A stretch of DNA of 64,000 bases from Candidatus Eiseniibacteriota bacterium. Lineage in GTDB: Bacteria; Eisenbacteria; RBG-16-71-46. Each line of letters opens with the position of its first letter. Position 1 is the stretch's first letter. A program made the position numbers and the translations under genes. Below the pieces are notes generated by a model. It worked only from the letters and a program-made list of their open reading frames with translations, was not told the origin of the DNA and ran no database searches. This document shows, piece by piece, positions 1 through 9,172 of the stretch. Location: assembly GCA_036522895.1 (NCBI GenBank), contig DATDEX010000279.1:69793-133792 (forward strand), read 5' to 3'.

Positions 1-2821
1 GCGCCCCCGCTTGCTTGTGCGCACTCCCGATCTTTTCGAGTCTTCTCCGCTCGCGGGTTGCGGGTGGACTGGGTGTGAGGTGGCGTGTGGCTTCGATTAG
101 CTCAGGTGGGGCGCCGGGGCGGCGGGCAGCCTCAACTAGCCATTCGTACCCGGTCGCGCTATCGCCTGCCTGCACGAACGCGGTCGCGGCGTCGAACGCG
201 TAGCCGGAGCTGTCTCGGAACACGGTCGCGAGCTGGCGGAACTCGGCGGCGGCACTACGCCAGTTCCTTCCACGGGCGAATGCGTAGGCGAGCATTAGTC
301 GATCGTGCTCCCAGCGCGGATCGCGCTGGAGAGCGCCTATGTCTCCGAGCACCGTCGTCGTGACTGCCTTCGTCGTGTCGCCCAAAGCCACCTCGTAGAG
401 CGTACCGGCCTGGTCGACCCGGAAGAAGTGATCGCCGCCCCCGATCTCCCCCGCCACCGGCGGGCGGTAGGCACTGTAGGGACCGGCTTGGAGCGTATGG
501 TCGCGATACCACACCCGCACCGGCAGTCCGTCAACGGAGAGGAATGCGATTGTGTTGGGGAGCCCCGCGAACCAGAGCCGCGAGTGCGGCGCGAGCCGGG
601 GATAAAGTGTGAGGAGCCGAGTTCGAATCACACGGATGGACGCTCCAGCGCGCCGTTGATAGGCGGCATCGCCCCAGTCCGAGGATGGGGTCGCGGCGCG
701 CCCCGCGCTGATGAACGCCAGTGCGGAGAGGAGCACCATCGCCATGCCTGTCCGCCTTGCAAGAACGCTCCCGGCCGCAAGCCAGAGTCCGAACCCCGCG
801 AACTGCGCGTAGTGCGTGTGCCAGCCGAGTCCGGGGAGCAGGAGCGGCAGCGCGCCGCAGGTCCACCAAGTCAGCGCGAACGGCAACACGCCACGCAGCT
901 CCACGGTGGGTGCGCCGCTGGGTACATGAGTACTCTGTTCATCAAGACGCGCAAGCAGCTTGACGAAGCAGAGGAGCAGGAGTGCACCGCGGAGCCCGTC
1001 CCACCACACCGATTTCCAACCGCCGTCGGGAAGCGGCCACGCATCCAAAGAGAACGCAGTGAGTACGCTCTTCAGGACAGCAAGCCATGGCGCGACTGCG
1101 CCCGGCGCGCGTACCAAGGGGACCGGGGTCCCGGTCCAGAGCCCGCCAAGCAGCAGCGAGTGCGCGAGCGTCCATGCAAGCGCCACGGCGAACGAGGGCG
1201 CCGCCCGGAGCAGTGACTTGGACCATGGCCGACGGTCCCAGAAGTCGAGGGCGAAGAAGAACAGGAGCATGGGCGCCGCTGACTCCTTACTCAGGAGCGC
1301 GAGCGCGTAGGCCAGTGCTGCCCATCCGACTCGGTCCGCGCGCCAGGCCAGCAAGGAGAGCAGCGAGAGCAGCAGCATCCACAAATCCTGTGCGCCACCC
1401 GACCACAAGAGAAGAACGGCCCAGCCAGGCATCGTCGCCGCCCCGGCCACTGCGATTGAGGCTGCGGGCGCACCCACGAGCCGCCGCAGGAAGGCCCAAA
1501 GTGCTGCGAGAACGCCGCACGCGAGAACCAGATTCACCAGATGAAACGGCCATTCTACAGGCCCGAATGCACGCTGGAGCCACCAGTAGTGGAACTCGCG
1601 TGACCATGGTCGCCACCAAGTGAGCGCAACGTTGGGGGGCCCCCATAGCGCTCCGAAGCCCCTACCCGCCACCTTGTCGAGGAACACGTAATCATCGTTC
1701 AGGAACGGAATTACAAACGCATCACGATAGCGGACGAACAGGAACAGGCTTGGCAATAGCGAACCGATCGCCCGGACGTGGCGCACCGGGGGCAGTAGGA
1801 CCCTGCCGATCTTGCGCACACGCTCCAGAATGGCCGGAATCCTTCCGAGGAGCGTGGCCGGACCGTCAGCAAGCGTGCTGGGTGGCTTGTCGGTATCCTC
1901 CGGAACGATCGCTGTTACATACTGTTGCACGAGCTCGCGTCCGTTTGATAGCCCGCGCCGATGCAATTCCTGTTCGAACTCGGCTAGGACATGGCGAATC
2001 GTTGGGCGCGCCGCAGGCTCCTTGCGTAGCATCTCGCGAATGAGCTGGCTTAAAAGGGGCGAAAGCTCTGGCCGTAGGACTTCAATCCGCGTCGGCTCGT
2101 CCTGACGCACCCGCCGGAGATGCTCCTCGAGTCCCACACTGGGATCAGCGAACGGTTTCTCGCTAGTGAGCACATAGTACGCAACCACCCCGAGCGAGAA
2201 GATATCTGATGGCAGATCGGGATTCTGCATCTGCGTCTGCTCAGGAGACATGAACCCAAATGTACCTGCCAGCCTGGGCGTGGTCGTCGACTGTTCCACG
2301 ATGCGGAGTCGCCGCCCCAACCCCAGATCCATGAGCCGCGCGATTCCTCCGCGGTCCACCATCACGTTAGCGGGCTTCAGGTCGCGATGTACAATCCCTC
2401 GTTCGTGTGCGTGCTCGAGCCCACGCGCGATGTCGCGTAGGATCAGGAGCAGGACGTTCAGGTCCGGCGGCGCGGGGAGTTGCAACAGCTGTTCTAGGTT
2501 GATACCGTGGACGTACTCCATGACAAGGTAGGGCATGCCCTCGGTGGTCCCGAAATCCATCGCGCGCGCGACGTTCTCATCGTGCATCTGCCCGAGGGTT
2601 CGCCCCTCCCGCCTGAAGTCCTTGACCGCGCGTGGATCCCAACTCATGTTACGCGCGAGAACTTTGATTGCGACGAAGGTCTCGAGTTCCGGGTGCCAGG
2701 CCTTGAACACTTGCCCCATGCCACCCTTACCGAGACTGCGTACGACGCGAAAGCGTCCGATTCGCCGGGGTGTGGGCCATGTAGAGGCGGAGGAATGAAT
2801 GCCGGGGTCATCTTGAGACAT
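1..2821 (-). CDS. Ser/Thr protein kinase (N-terminal Hanks-type kinase domain) fused to a large C-terminal polytopic membrane domain. The 3' end lies beyond the window start.
   Basis: Own translation of the minus frame (codon tops = 1 mod 3): Gly-loop GKGGMGQVFKA, VAIKVL, catalytic loop HRDLKPANV, SPEQ (APE-like). A continuous open frame then runs through >500 aa of Trp/Leu-rich TM segments to position 1. No stop occurs, so it is absent from the ORF track. ATG at 2821 is preceded by an in-frame TGA. Confidence 0.8.
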   Translation of the reverse strand, partial: MSQDDPGIHSSASTWPTPRRIGRFRVVRSLGKGGMGQVFKAWHPELETFVAIKVLARNMSWDPRAVKDFRREGRTLGQMHDENVARAMDFGTTEGMPYLVMEYVHGINLEQLLQLPAPPDLNVLLLILRDIARGLEHAHERGIVHRDLKPANVMVDRGGIARLMDLGLGRRLRIVEQSTTTPRLAGTFGFMSPEQTQMQNPDLPSDIFSLGVVAYYVLTSEKPFADPSVGLEEHLRRVRQDEPTRIEVLRPELSPLLSQLIREMLRKEPAARPTIRHVLAEFEQELHRRGLSNGRELVQQYVTAIVPEDTDKPPSTLADGPATLLGRIPAILERVRKIGRVLLPPVRHVRAIGSLLPSLFLFVRYRDAFVIPFLNDDYVFLDKVAGRGFGALWGPPNVALTWWRPWSREFHYWWLQRAFGPVEWPFHLVNLVLACGVLAALWAFLRRLVGAPAASIAVAGAATMPGWAVLLLWSGGAQDLWMLLLSLLSLLAWRADRVGWAALAYALALLSKESAAPMLLFFFALDFWDRRPWSKSLLRAAPSFAVALAWTLAHSLLLGGLWTGTPVPLVRAPGAVAPWLAVLKSVLTAFSLDAWPLPDGGWKSVWWDGLRGALLLLCFVKLLARLDEQSTHVPSGAPTVELRGVLPFALTWWTCGALPLLLPGLGWHTHYAQFAGFGLWLAAGSVLARRTGMAMVLLSALAFISAGRAATPSSDWGDAAYQRRAGASIRVIRTRLLTLYPRLAPHSRLWFAGLPNTIAFLSVDGLPVRVWYRDHTLQAGPYSAYRPPVAGEIGGGDHFFRVDQAGTLYEVALGDTTKAVTTTVLGDIGALQRDPRWEHDRLMLAYAFARGRNWRSAAAEFRQLATVFRDSSGYAFDAATAFVQAGDSATGYEWLVEAARRPGAPPELIEATRHLTPSPPATRERRRLEKIGSAHKQAGA

Positions 2822-3140
2822 AGACCCTCAGTTAGCGGGATTCTGACCGATGGCAGGGTACCTTGCTGTTGCGCACTTCGGGGCTAGGAACGCCCTGTTG
2901 AAGAAGGTGCTCTCGATGGCGGCGGAAAGCGAAAGTCACTGGCGGGCGCAGACCTCACGACGCGATGCGCTGCCGCCGAAAGCAGGAATCCGTCCAAACC
3001 AGGAGCTGCGCGCGAGTCACTGGAACACACGCCGAAGCCCAGAATTCACTGGTCAGAAGTGAGGTCGCCTTCTCTGGATGATCCGGCAACGCGTGGACAC
3101 GGCAGGACGGCGATGGGCTTTGAGGGGCAGCCAAACTTCC

Positions 3141-4844
3141 CTACTTGCTTTCGACTACGGGCGCCTGGGCCGGTCTTCCCGCGAGCCACTGCAGTACCCT
3201 CGGAAAGGGATCCGGAATCGCTAGTGACAGGTCGGCTGCCATCAGTCTGGCGCGCGTCGGTTTCCCGATGTTCGGGTACTTCTGGCACTCGGCTTGGTAG
3301 GCCCTTTCACCGAGCACTCCCCGCAAGTGATCCTCGAAGTTCCGCGAAAGTTCCCACACTTTCAACGACCCGTCCGACTTCTCAAGGGCCTTAAGGCTGG
3401 CATTGAAGGTCCGCTCACTGTCTCGATCATCTTTGAAGTCCGTTGAGTCAGAATCGAAGACCGCGCCGACTGGGATCCCGAACGAAGACGTGATCGCAAT
3501 GAACTCAGGTAGATTGCGCTTGCCACCGACCTCAACGATCGTCGCACCATCTCGATCGAGATCCACGCCGAGCCGCCTTGCGTACTCGGGCAATGCCAGT
3601 TTCTCGGTGTCGCCTTCCACAAACAACACGCGTGAAGCAAAGAAGAGCTCGTTGCGCTCAGGGTCGAGTTCCTTTAGCAGCTTCTCCCGGCGCTTGGGAT
3701 CACTCGGCAAAGCGGAGGGCGTTGCAAGCGTCCCGGCCGGCCCCCGACGAAGGATGACCACGTCGGTGTAGTCCGGGACTGCGACAAAGTGCGTTGAGTG
3801 TGTGGTGTAGATGACCTGATTGGTCCTGCCAATCTCGCGAAGCGTTCGGTAAAGAGACCGTTGCATCTGCGGGTGTAGGAACATCTCAGGCTCTTCGATC
3901 AGAATGATCGCACCCTGTCTACGTCGCTGCTCAAATGCTCGGAGGATCGCGAGCACCAAGGCGTTCTGCACTCCTTCACCAAGCTCCGTCGCGCTAATCG
4001 AGAAGCCCCCCTCGCGGACGCGCAAGTCGAGAGACTTGTAGAAGTCCATCGAATCAAACGGGGAAAAGAAGAAGTCCAGCTTCTCGGAGTCCGTCGAAGG
4101 ATCGAATCCTAGCTGATGAAGCGCGTTGTCCTTGATCGCCTTCTCCAGCGCTACGAGATCCGTGGTTCGAAGGACTTTGAGCGCTTCTCCCATAAGCTCT
4201 TGGAATCTCTCAAGTCGAGGCATCTCAACTTGGCCTCCACCGGGGCCCGCGCTCGTAATCGTGTTCTTGGGATCCCGCAGCCCGCGATCAATGTCTTCGA
4301 GCAGCGGCCGGAGCAGCGAGTACCGCGCACCAGGAAGATGCTCCTTGAGGCTGCGATTCGTTCCAATGTAGATCAGTGGAACCGCATCGCGCACGTCGCT
4401 CGGTATGCCAACGACTGGCTCGTACTTGTGTTGCTCGCCCTTCCTGGGCGGTTTGCCGACAACCATGACCGCCCCGCCCTTGCGGTCGATGCAATCTTGC
4501 TCAAGCCTGCGTTCGCCCTTTCGTGAGCCGATCTTGTAGCGCGTCCATTTGAACGTCACTCCAAACACGTCGGAGGGCGGAGCTCCCTTCACCTTGTTAA
4601 AGGCAATGGCGGGATCGAATTTCAAGGCGATCTCGATGTCAGTCGAGGGCTCGCGTAAGTAGACGTCGTCCTCCACAAACGAACTTGAGGACACCCAATC
4701 GCGCCCCATTACACGCCGAATCGCTTCAAGCAGGTTGCTCTTGCCCGCATTGTTAGGACCCACGAGCGCGCAGCCCTGTGGCAGCTCTAGGTCGACATCG
4801 CGAAGTGAGCGAAAGCCTTTGACGGTGACGTGGGAAATACGCAT
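3141..4844 (-). CDS. OLD-family ATP-dependent endonuclease (N-terminal ABC-type ATPase + C-terminal TOPRIM)
   Basis: Walker A GPNNAGKS near the N-terminus; ABC signature/Walker B region ILIEEPEMFLHP; C-terminal TOPRIM motif LFVEGDTEKLALPEY followed by DSDS. 567 aa, typical OLD/GajA-like size. No UvrD partner adjacent. Confidence 0.85.
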   Translation of the reverse strand: MRISHVTVKGFRSLRDVDLELPQGCALVGPNNAGKSNLLEAIRRVMGRDWVSSSSFVEDDVYLREPSTDIEIALKFDPAIAFNKVKGAPPSDVFGVTFKWTRYKIGSRKGERRLEQDCIDRKGGAVMVVGKPPRKGEQHKYEPVVGIPSDVRDAVPLIYIGTNRSLKEHLPGARYSLLRPLLEDIDRGLRDPKNTITSAGPGGGQVEMPRLERFQELMGEALKVLRTTDLVALEKAIKDNALHQLGFDPSTDSEKLDFFFSPFDSMDFYKSLDLRVREGGFSISATELGEGVQNALVLAILRAFEQRRRQGAIILIEEPEMFLHPQMQRSLYRTLREIGRTNQVIYTTHSTHFVAVPDYTDVVILRRGPAGTLATPSALPSDPKRREKLLKELDPERNELFFASRVLFVEGDTEKLALPEYARRLGVDLDRDGATIVEVGGKRNLPEFIAITSSFGIPVGAVFDSDSTDFKDDRDSERTFNASLKALEKSDGSLKVWELSRNFEDHLRGVLGERAYQAECQKYPNIGKPTRARLMAADLSLAIPDPFPRVLQWLAGRPAQAPVVESK

Positions 4845-4891
4845 AGCCTAAGCACACCACGGGGGCCGACATTTGTCCAGAGGCCACCGCT

Positions 4892-5581
4892 CTAGACAGC
4901 ACCTGCGTTCCGCAGTGGATGCCTAGAGATCTGTGCGCGCAGGTGCTGCGTGCTAGCCGCGAGGTAGAGCGTCGTCGACTTGATGTCGCTGTGCCCCATC
5001 ATCCTCAAGAGAGCGTAAATATCGCAGCCGCCTTCGAGCATCAAGGTCGCGAAGGTGTGGCGCAGAGTGTGTAGGTGGAAGCGGGGCGTGGGTGCCTTCT
5101 GCAGAGACACGATTACCCGTCGGAGGCCATCGACGGAGAGGACCTCGTCACGTCGGACTGACGTGAAGACCTCGGCACAGCGCTTGCCTGTTGCCTTCCG
5201 CTCCTCAAGGTAGCGCCGCAAGGTTCCTGCAAGGGCGGGCTGCACGGGCACATAGTGATCCTTTGAGCCCTTGCCCTGGCGCACGAGAGTGGATCGCCCA
5301 TCTAGATCAAGGTCGGTGAGGACCAGTCGTAAGAGCTCCGTGCGACGGAGACCGGCATACAGACACGTCGCGAGCAGCGCACGATTGCGGCTGTGGTGGA
5401 ACCGTGAACCGGTCCTGGCGTTCGCCACCAGTTCGAGGAGCCGCTGGGCCTCCTGAAGGGAGAGCCGTGCCGGCAGTCGCCGCTCGAGCCGTGGTAGGCC
5501 GAGCGGACGCGCGCCGGGATGCGAGCTGCTCTTGAGCATGGGCGCTGGACGTGGCAGCCGCCGGACCCACGTCCAGCACAC
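4892..5581 (-). CDS. Tyrosine recombinase, catalytic domain only (short integrase/invertase-like or N-terminally truncated)
   Basis: C-terminal HTLRHTFATLMLEGG...LLGHSDIKSTTLYL (R-H-R-Y catalytic pattern). No N-terminal core-binding domain. An in-frame stop lies 4 codons upstream of the Met. The IS3 element begins ~50 bp upstream. Confidence 0.75.
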   Translation of the reverse strand: MCWTWVRRLPRPAPMLKSSSHPGARPLGLPRLERRLPARLSLQEAQRLLELVANARTGSRFHHSRNRALLATCLYAGLRRTELLRLVLTDLDLDGRSTLVRQGKGSKDHYVPVQPALAGTLRRYLEERKATGKRCAEVFTSVRRDEVLSVDGLRRVIVSLQKAPTPRFHLHTLRHTFATLMLEGGCDIYALLRMMGHSDIKSTTLYLAASTQHLRAQISRHPLRNAGAV

Positions 5582-5687
5582 GGCACATCGTCAGCACGCT
5601 GTGCTCTCAGCGGTGAGCCTTTGGAGTGCCCCCTGATCTGAGGACCACCGGATATGGCAGGATTCCCCGGTCCACGGAGGATCCTGC

Positions 5688-5951
5688 ATGCGGAAGAGCC
5701 GGTTCACGGACGAGCAGATCGTCGCCATCGTTCGCGAGAGCGAGGGCATGACGGTCGAGCAGTGCGCGAAGAAGCACGGCATCACCCCGACGACGCTGTT
5801 CCGGTGGCGCAAGCGGTTCGGGGGCCTCGACGCCAGCCAGGCCGCGGAGTTGCGGCAACTGCAGGCGGAGAACGCGCGACTGAAGAAGCTGCTGGTGCAG
5901 CGCGAGCTCGACATCGACATCCTGCGGGAGATCAACGCAAAAAAATGGTGA
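5688..5951 (+). CDS. IS3-family transposase OrfA (HTH)
   Basis: MRKSRFTDEQIVAIVRE...TLFRWRKRF plus leucine heptads. Ends INAKKW* on the A7G motif. Confidence 0.85.
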   Translation: MRKSRFTDEQIVAIVRESEGMTVEQCAKKHGITPTTLFRWRKRFGGLDASQAAELRQLQAENARLKKLLVQRELDIDILREINAKKW

Positions 5952-6880
5952 GCGCACAGGCTCGCCGCGAACAAGTGGACTTCGCCGTCGGTCGTGGGGC
6001 GTCGGTCCGCCGATCCTGTGCGCTGCTGCAGGTGAGCCGTTCGGCGCTGGGCTACACGAGTACGATGCCGGCCCGCGATGCAGAGTTGGCGACCGAGTTG
6101 ATCGAGATCTCGGCGGCGCACGCGGCCTACGGGCATCGGTTCGCCTGGGCGTTGCTGCGGCGTCGCCAGTGGCGGGTGAACAAGAAGCGGGTGCGCCGGG
6201 TGTGGCGGGCGCTGGGATTGCACGTGCGCAAGAAGAAGCGCCGGAAGATTCACACCGGCCAGGCGCGGGTATTCGCGGCGACGGGACCGAACCAAGTCTG
6301 GGCGTACGACTTCACGCTCGATCGCTGTGCCAACGGGCAGGTGCTGAAGTCGCTGTCGATCGTGGACGAGTGGACCCGCGAGTGCCTGGCCATCGAGGTC
6401 GGCTCGTCGCTGACCGCCGTGCGCGTCATCGCCGTGCTCGAGCGGCTGTTCCGGCAGTACGGGGCCCCGCAGGTGTTGAGGAGCGACAACGGCCCCGAGT
6501 TCATCGCACGGGCCCTGAAGATCTGGACATTGCTGCACCACAGCGAGACGGCGACGATCGACCCCGGCAAGCCGTGGCAGAATGGCAGCGTCGAGAGCTT
6601 CCATGCGACGTTTCGACGCGAGTGCCTGGACGCCGAGTACTTCGCGCACTTGCGCGAGGCGAAGATCCTGATTGAGCAGTGGCGGTGGGAGTACAACACG
6701 CAGCGGCCGCACAGCAGCCTCGGCTATCGCACGCCGGCGGAAGTCGGCGGAGAGGCCCGCGCGGCAATGATGTCTAAGTCGAGTGGCCCCGAGATCGGCG
6801 ATCCTGGGGCAACCTTGGAAGCCGCAGTCGAGGGAAACCAAGTCGAAGCTCACCCCATCACGCCGGAGACCCTGTCATAG
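5945..6880 (+). CDS. IS3-family transposase OrfB (DDE integrase core). Expressed as an OrfAB fusion by a -1 frameshift.
   Basis: Frame of ORF 5654..6880 downstream of the slippery site. rve-domain motifs; C-terminal GYRTPAEV. Confidence 0.8.
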   Translation: MVSAQARREQVDFAVGRGASVRRSCALLQVSRSALGYTSTMPARDAELATELIEISAAHAAYGHRFAWALLRRRQWRVNKKRVRRVWRALGLHVRKKKRRKIHTGQARVFAATGPNQVWAYDFTLDRCANGQVLKSLSIVDEWTRECLAIEVGSSLTAVRVIAVLERLFRQYGAPQVLRSDNGPEFIARALKIWTLLHHSETATIDPGKPWQNGSVESFHATFRRECLDAEYFAHLREAKILIEQWRWEYNTQRPHSSLGYRTPAEVGGEARAAMMSKSSGPEIGDPGATLEAAVEGNQVEAHPITPETLS

Positions 6881-7073
6881 CCGATGGTCCGAGGATCGGG
6901 GACACTCCACCTTGACGAACTCGTACGTCCCGCGGACTCGACCAGTGCTCGGCTTCGTGGACATCGGCATTGCCCTCCCGGGCTGCTAGCATGCCATCAG
7001 CTGTCCACCAATCCCTGGGATCTCCACCAACTTGCGTATCTGTCGATAGTGCTGTTATCCACAGGAGGATGAG

Positions 7074-7823
7074 ATGGCCGCACGTCCAAGCGTGGTGCAC
7101 GGTACTCTTCGCGTACTGCTGCATGACACGCTGCGCACCATTGTGCATGACACGACGGTCGTGCGGGACACACTCACGGCGTTTAAGGGAGCGGTCCCCT
7201 CCCCGCTGCGCGTTGAACTGCTTGACCACTTCGTCGCGAAGGACTGGATCAACGTCGCAGTCGCTCTCGGGGCAGCTTGGTTGGGCGCGTGGATTGGTGC
7301 GAGGCTGACGAGAAAGGCAAGCATCGAGGCGTTTGAGAATGAGCAAAGCACCCGCCACAGGGACGCCGCCGACAGATTCCGGCGGCGTGTTCTGAGCAAT
7401 CTGCGCCGCGTTGCGCGGCTGTGTGGGGAGCTGCAGACCCACGAGCCCATGAAGGCTTTCCGCGAGACGGTAGGCGAGGAACTCGAAGTCGCGTGGAACT
7501 TGTACTACCACGTTGCCGACCCGATCTTCTTTTCATCGCGGAACGATCTACCGGAGCGCATCGACGCATTCTTCGTGCGCATTCATTCGCTCGCCGAGCA
7601 CATCAAGGCGATCCGCGCCGAGACAACCTCGGCAGTTGTCGGAGGGCAGTCGGCGGGGGCTATGGGGTTCGTCTACCTGCCGCACGGATCGCTTCCAGAT
7701 CGACGCAAGCGGGTGTCAGAAGAAGCCACGGCGCTGAACAGTCAGGCGATGGCTCTCTTAGGAGAGATTGAGCCGCAGTCTACCGAAACACCCGCTGAGT
7801 CGGGAGGCGAGATGAAGCAATAA
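7074..7823 (+). CDS. Hypothetical protein with one N-proximal TM helix
   Basis: Strong RBS AGGAGG 9 nt upstream of the ATG. Hydrophobic segment INVAVALGAAWLGAWIGARL. No recognisable family. Confidence 0.6.
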   Translation: MAARPSVVHGTLRVLLHDTLRTIVHDTTVVRDTLTAFKGAVPSPLRVELLDHFVAKDWINVAVALGAAWLGAWIGARLTRKASIEAFENEQSTRHRDAADRFRRRVLSNLRRVARLCGELQTHEPMKAFRETVGEELEVAWNLYYHVADPIFFSSRNDLPERIDAFFVRIHSLAEHIKAIRAETTSAVVGGQSAGAMGFVYLPHGSLPDRRKRVSEEATALNSQAMALLGEIEPQSTETPAESGGEMKQ

Positions 7824-7848
7824 CGTTGCCCGACTCCCTCGGACGCGC

Positions 7849-8811
7849 CTAGAGCGGCGGCTTGTTCGGTCCCGGCCCAATCACAGACTCTATGCGGTGC
7901 TGTAGCTTCAGTTTGAACACGGCGCAACCGTCGGCCGAATCGTCCCAGCCCAGAAAGTTGAAGTGGGCGACGTCAAAGTGCAGTCGCTTCTTGTCGAGCG
8001 TCGCTTGCTTGCATGTCCAGATCACCGGCAGGCCGAGACCGAGGGCAAACCCCGCTTCAAAGTAGACACCACCACGAGAACCGGTGAAGTCCGCCACGAT
8101 GAATCGGCTTTGACGAATCTGCGCAATGATCTCGTCGTCGATCCGGTTCACGTGCTCGTGCAGGTTGATGACTTGCGGCTCGTACCCGGCGTCACGGATG
8201 GCTGCCTGAAGGCCATCGTCTCGTAGGGTCTCGAGCCCGGGGTGGAACCACATGGCCACGAACCCTACGCGGCTTGTGCTTGGCTTGTGGCGCATTTCCG
8301 CGAGGCGCGCCCATCCTGGGGCGGCAATCTTCACTTGCGTAACGTTGTTCACAAGTACCGTGGGATTCTTCACCTGAAGCTGGCCAAGATCGCTGCCAAG
8401 GTACTCCTGCGTCAGGTAGGCCAGCTCGACCGCATCCCACGCCTGCGTCCGGGCGAGCAGGCTTGGACTATCACATTGAACCGGAATAAGACGACCTGGC
8501 GCCGGGCTGGTATGCGCCAAGATCGCGAGGAGGCGATCGCCCTTCTCGGCTACACTCAAGGGTCGCATTGCGAGCAGGCGCGGCACCTGCGGAGAAGTAA
8601 AGCGAGTCCTTGGGTTCTCCGAGAGATAGCCAGAGATCGTCGCGCGCTGCGTGTCGCCGACCTTTGGCGAGGCCAGCAGGTCTCTCGCTTCTTCAGTCGT
8701 GGTGAACGTGCCGCAACGTGGGCAGCGGACGTCGAGGTCAGTGCTCATCGCATTCGGAGATTCAACCCTCGCATCCTCACGTTGGCATACGGGGCAGATT
8801 GAGCGGTCCAT
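7849..8811 (-). CDS. Zn-ribbon + nucleoside 2-deoxyribosyltransferase-like (DRT/TIR-clan) domain protein
   Basis: N-terminal CPVC...CPRC zinc ribbon. C-terminal VGFVAMWF ... IVADFTGSRGGVYFEAGFALGLGLPVI resembles the NDT motif D-x-GT-x-FE-x-GyA-x-GKPV. Confidence 0.6.
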   Translation of the reverse strand: MDRSICPVCQREDARVESPNAMSTDLDVRCPRCGTFTTTEEARDLLASPKVGDTQRATISGYLSENPRTRFTSPQVPRLLAMRPLSVAEKGDRLLAILAHTSPAPGRLIPVQCDSPSLLARTQAWDAVELAYLTQEYLGSDLGQLQVKNPTVLVNNVTQVKIAAPGWARLAEMRHKPSTSRVGFVAMWFHPGLETLRDDGLQAAIRDAGYEPQVINLHEHVNRIDDEIIAQIRQSRFIVADFTGSRGGVYFEAGFALGLGLPVIWTCKQATLDKKRLHFDVAHFNFLGWDDSADGCAVFKLKLQHRIESVIGPGPNKPPL

Positions 8812-8829
8812 CGTGGGAGCCTACGGCTC

Positions 8830-9100
8830 CAGTTACCACCCTCACAAGCCCACGCCATCGACGCACCCGCTGCACCGTGAGGCGAAGTGCCAGGGCGATC
8901 CCGAGCACCCGGCTGATCGGTGCCAACGGCCGGCCCGTTACCGCTCGGACACCCCGTAGAAGCGTGGTCTTTGTTCTTACCTCGTCACGCATCGCGCGCA
9001 GGATCTCCAGGTCCACCGCCCGTTTCCCGATCAGCCGCTCGAGCTCGCGAAGCTTCTGCTGCGCCGCCAGCGGTTCGCTCGAACGTCGAGTGGAGACGTA
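8830..9100 (-). pseudogene. Remnant of an IS3-family transposase (OrfA C-terminus/OrfB start junction)
   Basis: Part of ORF 8777..9259(-): QQKLRELERLIGKRAVDLEILRAMRDEV ... PISRVLGIA resembles IS3 OrfA zipper/OrfB start segments. It is flanked by Arg-rich junk, so it is a fragment only. Confidence 0.35.
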
Positions 9101-9172
9101 TACTGTGCCTTGCTGGTGGGCGCCCGCTTGGGCGAAGCGCACGCGCGCCCGGCACGAGAACCGAGGAGGAGA

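Larger units (their letters stand above)
5633..6903 (+). mobile_element. IS3-family insertion sequence (orfA/orfB with programmed -1 frameshift); ends approximate
   Basis: orfA is an HTH + leucine-zipper protein. orfB has a DDE/rve core (QVWAYDFT..., SDNGPEF, KPWQNGSVESFH). A slippery A7G (caaaaaaatgg, ~5938-5947) sits at the orfA stop. Imperfect terminal inverted repeats: tgatctgaggacca (~5634) versus tggtccgaggatc (~6885). Confidence 0.7.

Noticed and set aside
305-1216. 303-aa '+' ORF and several '-' ORFs (255..512, 531..869, 942..1226, 1287..1646) over the first 1.7 kb
   Set aside because: All are Arg/Pro-rich, low-complexity translations. The real gene is the unlisted minus frame encoding the kinase-membrane fusion, which has no stop in the window.
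1750-2887. Plus-strand ORFs 1750..2043, 1812..2105, 2250..2531, 2507..2887, 2535..2798
   Set aside because: Antisense to the kinase domain. Compositionally artefactual.
5591-6853. 420-aa minus-strand ORF
   Set aside because: Antisense to the IS3 transposase. Arg/Leu/Pro-rich with no motifs.
8718-9172. N-terminal 150 aa of ORF 8718..9599
   Set aside because: Arg/Ser-rich junk. A proper RBS+ATG at 9173 defines the real small gene.
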